Shown: positions 49,465-62,105 of the stretch, one piece after another
How the letters are laid out: each line of letters begins with the position of its first letter
Position numbering within the stretch: position 1 is the stretch's first letter
Assembly: GCA_951804945.1 (NCBI GenBank)
Contig: OX638157.1
Location: 62,744,001 to 62,808,000, forward strand
Length of the DNA: 64,000 nt
Direction of reading: 5' to 3'
Source: Podarcis cretensis
Lineage: Eukaryota
Made by a program: the position numbers and the translations under genes
Notes under the pieces: generated by a model
What the model was told of the DNA's origin: nothing
The model's database searches: none
Seen by the model: the letters and a program-made list of their open reading frames with translations, nothing else

Positions 49465-49744
49465 GGGGCTCATGCAGACTTCCTTTTGTGCAATGTTTCT
49501 AGGCAAAGTCTGTGCTTTAAAGTGCTGTTTCTAAACATGTTTTTTTTGCCCTAGCTGTTTTCTAGCGAAAACCCACTCTTCAACCATTGAAAACCTGAAT
49601 TGCCACTTGTTTTGATTTAATGTTAAAAAGTGGGTTTTCCTGGGGAAAGCAGAGGGATGGAAAAAAGTGCACTTGGCCAAGGAGCTTTAAAGCACAGGCC
49701 TGTGCCAAGAAAGCACGGGGCGTAAGTTAAGTGTGGATGAACCC
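49465..49744. mobile_element. Palindromic MITE, possibly PIF/Harbinger-derived
   Basis: Termini GGGCTCATGCAGACTT / AAGTGTGGATGAACCC; internal inverted symmetry (TGTGCTTTAAAG / CTTTAAAGCACA). Confidence 0.5.
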
Positions 49745-50441
49745 TAAATCCAGCACTTTCCTGCAGTTTAAATGTAACTCTGGGCTTGACACTAAAACCC
49801 TCACAGAATCCTGTCTGGTCTTGTCCACAGCATAACTAAATCCGGATGCAAGATCATGTTTAATGGACAAGTCATTTTAGTTTGGACTCTGAAGATTCAA
49901 AACAGAGCCACACAGAACTAGGAAACAAAACAAAAAAATGAAATAAAACAAAAACACTTTCAGGATGTAACAGAATTATTGTTTCTAGTAAGAGTCGTGT
50001 TTCCTAGATAAAATATTGCTGGTGGAGGAATACTAATGTAATATCCCAACAGCACAACTACTCATGTATATTTGCCATTTCCACACACCCCAAGCAAAGT
50101 TTAAAGGGGTCCTGGTTTTAAAAGGGCACAACAGAAAACATTCCTTGCAGAGTTGTTTTCATTATACAGCAAACCTGCAACTTGTGCACATTTAACCTGT
50201 GCACATTCAGCTATATGCACATGGTAAAAAATAAAAAAGAAGAAAGGGGCCAGGGTTCTGGGGGAAATGATTTTGGCAATTCCACTCACCACTGAATCTA
50301 ATGGGTTTTGACTATAAGTGATTTTGGCTTCATGTACTTAAAGCAGAATGCAACCCCCACAAACTGTAGGCTCACTGTACATGTTTTCTAAACTAGGAGT
50401 GTAAAATGACTAACTACATATATGGATATTCTGCTTTTCTT

Positions 50442-50791
50442 TAAAGGTAAAGGGACCCCTGACCATTAGGTCCAGTCGTGGCCGACTCTGGGGTTGTGGC
50501 GCTCATCTCGCTTTATTGGCTGAGGGAGCCAGCATACAGCTTCCGGGTCATGCGGCCAGCATGACTAAGCCGCTTCTGGCAAACCAGAGCAGCGCACGAA
50601 AACGCCGTTTACCTTCCCGCTGGAGCGGTACCTATTTATCTACTCGCACTTTGACGTGCTTTCGAACTGCTAGGTTGGCAGGAGCAGGACCGAGCAACGG
50701 GAGCTCACCCTGTCACAGGGATTCGAACCGCCGACCTTCTGATCGGCAAGTCCTAGGCTCTGTGGTTTAACCCACAGTGCCACCCGCGTCC
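50442..50791 (-). mobile_element. Sauria SINE
   Basis: Same consensus, CpG-rich (young). Confidence 0.9.
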
Positions 50792-51586
50792 ATCATACAA
50801 ACCAAATTGCCTGGAAAAGGCAGCTCAAATGCAACGGGACAGATGTCACTCACACACACACTTCTCCCTGCCACCCAAGCTCTCGCACAGTCTGAATCCG
50901 TCTTTCTTAATAGAGCAAAATAAAGCAAGGAGGGAAGGAGACCCATCTAATCTTTGCACAGGTCATGAACCACAGTCCACGGCAATTAATTTTTGATTAC
51001 TTTTAATGCTGCATTACATTAGCTTCCCCAGATCAGATGACTCATTCACCTGAAAGAGAGATGCCCCGGGTTACAAAATATTACACACACTCACAAAGGA
51101 ATAGAATAAATTGCCAACGGAACATAACTGAGCTTGAATTTGAAAAATGTGGCTCCTATCAATGTCATAAATCTTGACTGAGCCGTAAGTAGCATGGTTC
51201 TCTGGGGTACAGATGGTGGTACAAGGGCTCCCGCTCCTAGAGAAGTAGGCAACACTTGCTAATACTTCCTAAGTTCATCAAAACTTTAAATTTACCAGTG
51301 CAAGGAGAAGGGTAAGGATTTGGAGCAAAACTATCCCTTTCTCCCTTTCTCCTAAAACAGGCTGGGAGCGGCAGGGTAAGAGATCCACAAGTTTTTAGTT
51401 CAAGACTATTACACCACATGAATGCAACCTTTAGCTCCAACTGTTAATTCAAAACGACTGTCTTTTGATCATTCTCTACTCCCAGGCAGAAGAAAGGGTT
51501 TGGACTCTCTAATGGGATTCTATTAGCTTTTGCTCTGCAGCCATTCTAAAACAAACCCCTGAGATCATTTAAAGCGGGATAGTTTA

Positions 51587-51740
51587 ATAGAATCATCGAG
51601 CAGTTAGGGACCCCGAGGGTCATCTAGCCCAACCCCCTACAATGCAAGAATCTCAACTGGAGTACAGAGGGCGGAAAGCCAGCATCTGCTTAAAAACCTC
51701 CAAGGAAGGAGACCCCATTACCTCCAGAGGAAGTCCACTC
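51587..51740 (-). mobile_element. CR1 LINE 3' end
   Basis: Homologous to 2148-2340. Confidence 0.7.
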
Positions 51741-51879
51741 TCAAACAATGAGAGTCCAATCTTCACCTACAAGCATGCAGTGAAAGGGCAACCCCTTGAC
51801 ACCCAGTTGGCAGTTAGGTCGAGGGGGGTCCAAAGATGGCAATCCTACACTAACTTTAAGTGGGTCTCTAAGAGCCCTC

Positions 51880-52720
51880 TGGAGCGACCACGGGGGAAAG
51901 GCGCTCTGCACATGTTCAGGCGCTCGCTCCTCCTCTGTGGTGACTTCGCGCCAACTCCGGGGTTCGCCTCCCGCATCCGGGGAGGGGGAGGCGAAACTTC
52001 CGGAGCTCGAACCCAACCGCCCCTTGCCTGAGGAGAAACCGCCGCCGCCGCCCACCGCCTCCCCTGAGAATCCTTGCAGGAAGGCACCCGATGCCAGCCG
52101 CCCCCTCAGGACACCACACGCCGGAGCCGAGGGGGACGGCGCCCTGCCGCTGCTTCCCCCGCCCGAGCCCCTTCCTCACCTCGCTGCCGTCCCCCAGGGA
52201 GGGAAAGGCGGCTCCGGCCCCGGCCCGGTCGGGGAGGAAAAAGGCAAGTTGAGGCGAACAGGGCGCCCCCTTCCCGGCCCCGACCGCCGGCGGCAACTCC
52301 CAGCTTCACAACAAAGCCCCCCCTCCTCCTCGGGAACGTTGGGCCACGCCTCCCCGTGGGCGGGGCGATCCCCGCTCTGTGGCGGTTGAGAGAGGAGCGT
52401 CGGCCACGCCCCCCTGACCAACCGCCAACTGGCCTCGGTTCCTTCGCCGCCCCGTCCCTTCGCTGCCACATCGAACCTTGCTTCGGCGAGGAAAGCGGGA
52501 GTTGAGGAGGCGACCGTTGGTCTCGCGCCGACCACCGCCCGTCAGCAGGCGCTCGCGACGGCAGAGCGCGGGCGGGCGGGCGGGCGGGCAAGAAGCGGAG
52601 CGTTTACTTCCGCGAGCTCCGAGGAAGAAGAGGCGGCTGAGGCGGGAGATGGGATGGCCCGGAGGGCGGGTTTATGCAAAGCAGGAGCCTGGCCGCTTTC
52701 TGTCGCCGCCTGAGGGAAGG
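51880..52720 (-). promoter_or_regulatory. CpG island, probable KLHL5 promoter and non-coding first exon (donor GAG|GTGAGG at 52180)
   Basis: The only non-TE GC- and CpG-rich block in the window; GC boxes (GGGCGG repeats about 52570-52590), ETS-like ACTTCCG; good minus-strand donor at 52180/52179. Confidence 0.8.
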
Positions 52721-52725
52721 GTTAT

Positions 52726-54213
52726 TTTTTTGTTTTATTTATCAATTAAATTTGTTTTTTGTTTGTTTTTGTTTTATTAATTAAATTTGTGCGCCACTGA
52801 GCGCCTCGCTCCCTGCATTAAAACAGTACACTTCAGATTGTGGGTCTGAACTTCCTGGTTGAAAGTGGTAAAAAGAAGCATACAGAAAATCAAAACTGGA
52901 TCCTCTTCAATATGCTTATTAATTTTTTTAAAAAAATCCACCCCTCCTCCATATCAAACAACAGCTAAAAACTACCCCTTGTAAGGGAATGACCCTTACA
53001 AATAATTAGTACACTGCCATTTGCTGCTGCCATGGCAAAAAACATGGATCAGACCATGGGGCCCAATAGATCTTGATTGTTTTCAGTATGGGATCCTCCC
53101 CAAAATAGTGTCAAAACACACATTTCATCTGTCTTTTTTTGTTTTTTTTGTTTTATTTATCAATTAAATTTGTGCGCCACTGAGCGCCTCCCTGCATTAA
53201 AACACGTCATAAAAATATGGACAAAACAAACCCACTCATTTTACAATCATTTTAACATTTCAAAACTTGACTTCCTCCTCTTTCTGCGGTTCCTTAAGTT
53301 TATTTTTAATATCTTCTGCTTATCCAAATTAACTTGCTCATTTAATCATCTTCTTTAAATATATACTTATAACACTGCAGGTTATTACAATAATCCTGCC
53401 AACGATCTTATCTGTTTACAATTCCGTCTGTAAATATTCAACAAACCATTTCCATTCTTTTTTAAAAAGTTTCTTATCTTGATTTCTTATTCTTCCAGTA
53501 AGTTTCACCATTTCTGCATATTCCATCAGTTTTTGTATCCATTCTTCCTCTGCTGGGACTTCTGCTTCTTTCCATTTTTGAGCAAGTAACATTCTTGTTG
53601 CTGTAGTTGCATACATGAATAAACTTCTACAGTATACAGTACCGGTAGTTCTGACCCTATAATTCCCAAAAGGTCATAAAATGTTAATCAGCCAAAGTTT
53701 ATTTATTTTATTATTATTTTATTATTACATTATTACAGCTATTATTGTTATTACATTTTTATTTACACCATTGCTGAAAGGCTTGGCCCCGAGAACCATT
53801 TTCAAAGCCGCTCCTCATTCTGTATCACAGTCTCTGATTAATGACAAAGGTGCCCCTGAGCATGTGCAGAACAATCAGCCTTCTCTCTCTCTCTGTCTGC
53901 CTCAGTACACTTCATATTGTGGGTCTGAACTTCCTGGTTGAAAGTGGTAAAAAGAAGCATGCAGAAAATAAAAACTGGATCTTCAATATGCTTACAATTT
54001 ATTTATTTTTTTAAATTCCATCCCTCCTCCATATCGGACCACAGCTAAAATCTACCCCCAAGGGAATGACCCTTTCAAATAATTAATACACTGCCATTTG
54101 CTGCTGCCATGGTGAAAAACATGGATCAGACCATGGGGCCTAATAGATCCTGATTGTTTTCAATATGGGATCCTCCCCAAAACAGTGTCAAAACACACAT
54201 TGCATCTGTCTTT
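52726..54213. repeat. Local duplication: 52824-53136 similar to 53903-54213, and 52726-52825 similar to 53140-53204
   Basis: Direct visual alignment, roughly 90% identity. Confidence 0.9.
53140..53630 (-). mobile_element. L1-clade LINE 3' fragment
   Basis: Peptide YATTATRMLLAQKWK homologous to the 46250-46465 fragment. Confidence 0.7.
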
Positions 54214-57200
54214 ACAGACTTAACTTTACACATCATGGAGTCTGGTCAAAAGCAAAGAATTAAAACAGATTCATCTGAATTTGAATGACCCCCCCCCAAA
54301 AAAAAAAGATATCATCCCCCCAACCACTATCAAATTCCAGATAATATTTGTGGCCATATATTTTGTAAACTATGATGTGCATAGAAGACTAATTATGTTT
54401 ACTTCTAGTGGACCTGTTCATTAAAGTCTAGTTGTATGCTTAGCTTACCATAAGGTTGAAGTAGGACAATAATTTTTCTAAATATAACAAATTACTTCAG
54501 CTTTTAAATTACAACGTTATGAAACAGAACATTTTTGGCTATGGTGGAGCCAGTGCTTTCTGGCACTGCCATGATGCAAAAAGAAGGAACCAAGACATGG
54601 ATCCTCATTAATTTTACACATATGCTCCCCATAATCTGTGCCAAGGCACGTGCCGCATCCATACCCACAGAACAAACTTTATAAACCACAAGTCCTGCTC
54701 TTCACGGCAGTGCCATGGCACAAAACATGGATCCACTGTGGATCTTTTTTACACAGTATCCCACCAAAACAAACCAAATTACAGAGTATGTCCATGGCCA
54801 CAGAATGCATAGTAAAATAATGGATTTGGTGCTTCATCGCCATAAAGCATGAATCCATGACTGCTATTTTATATATCCCATGTGAATATCCAGAGCATCC
54901 ATTTCTCGGAATTTTTTTTTCTATAGTGACACTTTGAAACCCCAGATCTGTGATTCTAAATTGTAGTACAAAAGTACAGATGTGATCTAAGTTATTTGGT
55001 CTTGTATCAATAGCTTTGGATCATAGGTGCTGTGAAACACTGGATCCATGATTTTAATACAGTAGTATGATCTGTGAATATAGACACAATCGGTTATTTG
55101 ACACTGATATGTATAGCATCATTGCAAAAATCCACAGGATCCACACTCCAGATGTATGGTTTTGCCTCATGATAGTGCCAACAAGCACTACCATCAATTA
55201 TTTCACAGTCTGTCTGTGGATATCAATATGATCTCTGTAAGTTAATTGTGGTTTTTGAGACACTCCATATAAAAATCCAGATGATGAGTCAAGTGTATGG
55301 ACTATGACAGCGTCATCAAGTGCCAGACATGTGATTTTATGGTATGTTCTGTGTGCATTCACCTTAGCTTTGGATAGCATCCTATGTAAAAATCATGAGA
55401 AAAAATCATGAGGGTTCAGCCAGCCATTGCATCAGAAAACATTGAAAGTGCACCTTTTACAGTTCAGTCCATTGAAACAAATGTGCTTGTAACTTGATGC
55501 CTGTTTGGGATTTATCTCTTGTAAAACTCATATGAGTTCCAGAGGATCCCTTTTTTATTTACTACACCCAATCCATGTCCTCTGTAAAATAGTGCAGGCC
55601 TCTGTGGAGCCTTTCCGGTCCAGAAATTTAGATCCGAAACCTGCACCTGTGTGTGCGTGTGTTTAAGGCATCAAAATTCCATTGTCCAGTCTAATGTGTA
55701 TCCATCATTTAAAAAATATAATTACAATGCTTTACAGCACAAAAATAAAAGATTTGAATCACAGATCCTGATGGGTCTTCATGATTTTTATAGGCAGATG
55801 CTTCATATCCATAATCTAATTACATTTCGTATCTGTATGAACAGACTGCACCATAAAAATAACTGATCCAGTGCTCCATAGTGCTGGTGCAGCACAGAAC
55901 AGATATGAAGCAGACACTTTTGCATGGGTTAGTGTGCATGTGATGTAAATGATCAGGTAATTATGTCAAGTATTTGTGTCGTTAAATTGTCACAAACTTT
56001 GCTGAACGTTGTATCCTTTTGGTGAGAAAACGTGCTTTTGAAATACAGTGTTTCAAATGCAAAAATAAATAAATAACCAAGTTGCTAAATAATTCTATTT
56101 AGTAAACACATTAACTGGCTCCACTATACAGTACTGTTGCTTTTGCTTAAATGGGGTTGAAAAGGCCACTTTTCTCTGTGGTTCTGAGTTCAATAACATT
56201 GCTTCACTTTGACAGTGTATGTTCAATATTTAATTGGTTTTAGAAGAACGGTACTGAAGAGAGCTTTCTGGGTTAATTAAAGCTATTGAGAGTATGTAAG
56301 TTAAGTCAAACTTAAATATTCATTAGTTAGAGTAATTTTATAGCAAGTCTTTCCAAAAGGTAAATATTTAATTGCACTGCATTTTTCAGAATGAGGGCCC
56401 TTTCTCCCCCCGCAATCAGCTAATATTGAAAATCTAGGAAATAAGATTATCTCAACATGATTTAGGTATAGGTAATTGTTGCAAACCACTTTGACATGTT
56501 AAAAAATGAAATTGTAGTATATGAGGATTTTATTTATTTAAAAGCACTTAATAGTTCAAAAATCTTTATTATAAATAAAATAATAAATATGTATGCAATA
56601 CATTAACTATTGTCTCTTCCAATTACAGAAGTAAGTAAATGCCTAATATAAAACTCCTGAACCAAATACAATGGTCCTTAGCCAACAGTTGCTCTACACA
56701 TGTAGGGGCGCTTTATTTTGTTGAAATGGGATCCATGTGTACAGATCAAATACTGATGTACAGACATAAGACATCTAAGATGACCTTTCTTTGTACTACA
56801 AGGTCAACTCTCTGTATGTGTATCATTCTTAGCAACATGTTAATGCACACAACTGCATTTCGATCGGTGCCATAGGCTGCCATTAAATGATGTGTGTGAT
56901 AAGTGTAGAGACAACTCTGCCTGCAGTCATAGCTTTTTAATGTAAATGTTACCGAGAGAACAAAGAGCCTTACTCTTCCTGTCTTCTGGCATGAACTTTT
57001 GTTGACTATAGAGTCCACTTTGCCAGATGAGGAAGTCCACCAACGCTTTCCCCATAATAAATTTCTCAAAGGAGCCGCAAGACAACAACACTTTGTTCTT
57101 TTTGCTGCAACACACACCTTGGCTACCAGTCTGGAAATAACTGAGATAATGTATGACGGATTCTTAGCACTTTACTTAAAGTACAGTATGTATTTATTCA

Positions 57201-58110
57201 TTTGATGGTTTTGTAGTTGGATTTGAAAATGGCTCGTCATATTAGAAACTGATGGGTTTTAAGGATATGTGACTTTCCAGGCTAGGTAGAAATTTGATTT
57301 AGAGTAATCTCACAGTAGTTTCATGTTGCGATATTGTTGATTGATGTAGCAGTGGTTATTCTTGTAGGTTCTTGGTTGACATACATTATGTAAGCTATGA
57401 AATGTGATTTTGTGTGTTTTTTATTATATTTTTCTTTGCAAGCGTCTATTTCTGGGTTGTTGCCTTTGGTTATGATGGCTCATAGCAATCTGCCTGCATA
57501 CAGAGAATAAATGTGCTACACTGAATATATCACATTGTACAAATATTTAAACATAGTAACTGGCAATGAAAGCATTTTTTCAAAGCCCATTTTAAACCTC
57601 TCTGGATTTTATTTTTGTACTAATTTAATTCTGAATACAATATTTGACTACTTTTATATATATCCTTGTCACTGTAGACTATTCCTAGGATATTTTTCAG
57701 TCCCAGTTATATGTTTGAGGATTGCTACATGGCTTTTAACGGAGCTGTCATATACCATAATTGGCAAATGTTTACCTTTTTAAAATCATCTGCAGCTCAG
57801 TAAATGAAAACACACGTCTATTATCAAGACAATGTAATAAGCTTTTAAAGAAGTTGAATGTACGATAACTAACAATTAAAGTTATTTGAGCTGACACAAG
57901 GTTTTGAATCTGTGGGATGGGGTGCTTCCAAATGGAGGTTTATTTTTGGAGTGTCTATGCAACATCATGACCATAAAAATGCCAGCCTGTACTTTCCTCC
58001 CCGCTTAAATATATATTTTTTCTTACCATGGAAAATCCAGCAAGTAAAAGTAGCCCATTATACTTCTGCAGTCACCACTGATGTGGATGCTCATTAATGA
58101 AATATATATA

Positions 58111-58349
58111 CAGTGGTACCTCGGGTTACATACGCTTCAGGTTACATACGCTTCAGGTTACAGACTCCGCTAACCCAGAAATATTACCTCAGGTTAAGAA
58201 TGCTTCAGGATGAGAACAGAAATCGTGCTCCAGCGACACGGCAGCAGCAGGAGGCCCCATTAGCTAAAGTAGTGCTTCAGGTTAAGAACAGTTTCAGGTT
58301 AAGAACAGACCTCCAGAATGAATTAAGTACTTAACCCGAGGTACCACTG
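58111..58349. mobile_element. MITE family A
   Basis: TIR CAGTGGTACCTCGGGTTA. Confidence 0.88.
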
Positions 58350-58390
<41 letters not shown>

Positions 58391-58393
<3 letters not shown>

Positions 58394-58727
58394 AAGGTAA
58401 AGGGACCCCTGACCATTAGGTCCAGTCGTGGCCGACTCTGGGGTTGTGGCGCTCATCTCGCTTTATTGGCCGAGGGAGCCGGCGTACAGCTTCTGGGTCA
58501 TGTGGCCAGCATGACTAAGCCACTTCTGGCGAACCACAGCAGCACACGGAAACGCCGTTTACCTTCCCGCTGGAGCGGTACCTATTTATCTACTTGCACT
58601 TTGATGTGCTTTTGAACTGCTAGGTTGGCAGGAGCTGGGACCGAGCAACGGGAGCTCACCCCGTCGCAGGGATTCGAACCGCGACCTTCTGATCGGCAAG
58701 TCCTAGGCTCTGTGGTTTAACCCACAG
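58391..58727 (-). mobile_element. Sauria SINE, 5' end lost in assembly gap
   Basis: Highly similar to the 50442-50791 copy; abuts (TA)n at 58357-58390 and the N gap. Confidence 0.9.
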
Positions 58728-58858
58728 NNNNNNNNNNNNNNNNNNNNNNNNNNNNNNNNNNNNNNNNNNNNNNNNNNNNNNNNNNNNNNNNNNNNNNNNN
58801 NNNNNNNNNNNNNNNNNNNNNNNNNNNNNNNNNNNNNNNNNNNNNNNNNNNNNNNNNN
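58728..58858. other. Assembly gap (131 N)
   Basis: Run of N. Confidence 1.
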
Positions 58859-59042
58859 GAGTGCTTTCTCACATGTGTGATGAAATTTTAGTGATATTAT
58901 CTGCCACAACCTACTTCTGTTTCTTCCTTCTCTGAGCACAACTTGTTTTGTTTCTGCCAGCCCACAAAGCCAAATGAAATGCCTATTTTCACGGATTGCT
59001 GCATGCTGAAGGGGCACCTGAACAACCTGGTTCAGAGGAGCT

Positions 59043-59168
59043 ATGGCCCAACTTGGCCCTCCAGCTGTTTTGGGACTACAATTCCCATCATCCCTGACCA
59101 CTGGTCCTGTTAGCTAGGGATGATGGGAGTTGTAGTCCCAAAACAGCTGGAGGGCCAAGTTGGGCCAT
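59043..59168. mobile_element. Short hairpin MITE (hAT-derived, GGACTACAA(C/T)TCCCATC family)
   Basis: Near-perfect inverted arms of about 53 bp; older relatives at about 30535-30630 and 42107-42530. Confidence 0.8.
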
Positions 59169-59934
59169 GCCCGTATCTCAGCATTTCAACATGGTAAATG
59201 TGGGAGATTACCTCAGAGACTGCAACCACAGTCCATACACCAGAATTAAAATAATAATAATACAGAGGTCTTGCACAAGACTTATCATAATTTTGGTGTT
59301 TCATTGCTGCTGAAGGTTTTGGAGAGGGTAGAATACATGGTTGTTCCATTAACAGTTATGAGGGCCTATGTGGCATTCCTAGTTTCCTGGATCATTGCCA
59401 CTTACCCTGGTCCAACAGATCAAATAGCAGATCAGTACAGCCAAATAACATTCTTGCGCAAGACCTCAGTACAGTATTTGATAAAACAAAACAAAATTAA
59501 ATTAAAATGTATATTGTTCCTATTCTGCCTGAAATGCACAAGCCTCCATTTTGCCCATGGAAAAACAGCATAACTAAGGGCCGGTGTAACATTTGCTTGT
59601 GCACTTCTGGTGGAAATCTGTCCACACACATGTGTAAAGAAATACCGTGTGTCCAAGAAAAGGGTAATGAAGGATGAAGCAAGAGTGAGTGAGGAGAGGG
59701 ACAAAAAACACAGTCCAGATTTATTCTGTCAAGCTCCAAACTGTTGTGGATGGCAAGTGACTGCATAGCAATGAATATCCATGTCTGAAAGAATGAAATG
59801 TGTGGAACCTAAGATGCCAATCACACACACTGAAAAACAAGGTACGGACAATGCATTCTTAATATAAAGTCCCACCTGGAATCAATCTTAGAACAGTGAT
59901 TCAGCCTATATATGAGAATCCTATATCATAGCAA

Positions 59935-60838
59935 TGTTGTAAACAAAATCTGCCCTTTCCCCTTATGGGTACCCAAGAGCCCATTTAGAGTCCTTATACA
60001 CCGTAGGTTCCCTATTGGTAGGAGAAAATAACAGAGGCCAACCAGAGAATATTCAGAAGCAAAGCAGCTAGTAAGCCTGATCTTTATCGATCTGTTGCAA
60101 CAGGGTCCTCGCTCACCACATGAAGGAGGGAGGAGGAACCCAGAACAATGGTGCGCAAGGGCTTATATAGACATTTTAAATTCCCTGCCCTGGAGCTCAA
60201 AACCACCCTGCCATACATCATACATACATCACAGAAGGGGTGTAACCTAAGACCACCACACCCCCCAGATACATCATACCTACATCACAGAAAAGGCGGT
60301 CTAAAACAGAAATTTGAATGTTGTTTTTCCTGTTTGCCAGGTTATCTGATTGTCTTTCCCGATAGTCTGCCACCCGTTATCTGATTGTCTTTCCTGATAG
60401 TCTTTCACCCATTAAAATGCTGATTACTCAATTCCTGAGAAAATGGGAAGGCTCCCTGACTGCCACCCCCCTCCATGCAGGGAAAACATTTGGTCAGTTT
60501 GGGAATCAAATTGGTCTCAAGTTGGTCTTCCTGTGCTGATCTATGTATGTGCTTGGTTGGTACACTTATGGACATTACCATATACAGTGGTACCTCGGGT
60601 TAAGAACTTAATTCGTTCTGGAGGTCTGTTCTTAATCTGAAACTGTTCTTAACCTGAAGCACAGCTTTAGCTAATGGGGCCTCCTGTTGTCGCTGCGCCA
60701 CCGCTGCACGATTTCTGTTCTCATCCTGAAGCAAAGTTCTTAACCCGAGGTAATATTTCTGGGTTAGCGGTGCCTGTAACCTGAAGCGTATGTAACCTGA
60801 GGTACCACTGTATCTAAGACCTCAAAATTCCTATCACA
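59935..60838 (-). mobile_element. Solo LTR (ERV- or Gypsy-type) with nested MITE
   Basis: TG...CA termini; 4-bp TSD GCAA (59931-59934, 60839-60842); minus-strand TATA box (60162-60170) and degenerate poly(A) signal (60083-60088); U3-like direct repeats. Confidence 0.65.
60585..60810. mobile_element. MITE family A nested in a solo LTR
   Basis: TIR and TA TSD. Confidence 0.88.
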
Positions 60839-61624
60839 GCAAGAATCAGTCTAATGCCCACCCGTTCCGAGTACAGGAAGATCTGAAGTAGAGCACAGTA
60901 TTTCAGCTCTTGAGATGTTGACGGTGTCCACCTCCACCTCTGTTCAACCTGAATATTTGTAAGTAAGCTGAAAGCACCTTAAGTGATCTCTCAGTCCAAA
61001 GAAAACCAAAGTGCTGTGTGCCCCTAGATTGTCTGAGTGCTCGTGGTTTTGGGAAAAGTGTAATAATGCAATGAGAGACTGACTTTTCTTTTGCGTTTAC
61101 ATCTTGTTTTTCTTTTAATGTTCTCAGATTATTAATGATCAGAATGAATTTATCTCTTTGGTGCATTTATGGTTGTAATGCTCTCTTCATTTGCTGCGTT
61201 TTATGGGATATCAATTATTTTTTAACTTACTGCTATCACGGGGGAAAGTGTGAGTGGGGAAAAATAACTTTCTCCTATATGACTGATTCCTGGATGCCAG
61301 CACAGATGGCATATTGCAACTGTAAGGATGCAAGTTGGAGTGGTAGAGTTGTTAAGGGATATATTTCTATTTTTTTAAATGAGGATTTATAACCATATAT
61401 GTCCCATTGGTGCTAATGGGAGCTGCATGCATATTTTTCTATTTATGGAGCTGGCAGTAGTCAGCTAGAAATGAAGATGAGCAGCTGCATTGAATCAGAT
61501 AAAATGAACATTTCATTTTTAGAGTAAAGGTCTTTTGCCTTTTGCATTAGAAAGTGTGTATCTGCTAGGAATATGAAGTGGCTTATGAACCAGATTTGGG
61601 GTATCTCATTTTGGACCCTCCAAG

Positions 61625-61792
61625 CAGGGGTGCCAACTTGAATAAAATGGGGGGAGGGCAAGTAAGCCCTGCCCCACATAATCACATGACGTGGCACCCC
61701 CCCCCATTTGAATGGCAATGCCCATCAACTTTGCAGGGTCCCACCCCCCTCAATATTTTATTGGGGCTCTTGGTTCCTAGAAGTTGGCTCCA
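61625..61792. mobile_element. Small DNA-transposon-derived MITE
   Basis: CAGGGGTGCCAACTT...AAGTTGGCTCC termini. Confidence 0.5.
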
Positions 61793-61849
61793 AGGCCTCC
61801 AAGTGAAGCTTGGGATTCCCTGAAAGTCTCGTGGTGCTCTGTCAACTCG

Positions 61850-62105
61850 GATGGAATAAAAACACTGCAGACATTTGGGTGTATGTGTGCAAAAAGCAAA
61901 AACCAAGCTGGAATAAAAACCTGAATGGAGGGCGTTCCACAGGGTGGGTGCCACTACCGAGAAGGCCCTCTATCTGCTTCCCTGTAGCCTCACTTCTCGT
62001 AATGAGGGAACCGCCAGAAGGCCCTTGGCGCTGGATCTCAGTGTCCGGGCAGAATGATGGGGGTGGAGATGCTCCTTCAGGTATACAGGACCAAGGCTGT
62101 TTAGG
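61850..62105 (-). mobile_element. L2 LINE fragment
   Basis: GGGCGTTCCACAGGGTGGGTGCCACTACCGAGAAGGCCC, related to 46930-46963 and 41950-42000. Confidence 0.6.

Noticed and set aside
51642-52780. Multiple overlapping Pro/Gly/Arg-rich ORFs
   Set aside because: Stop-poor CpG island; no recognisable protein
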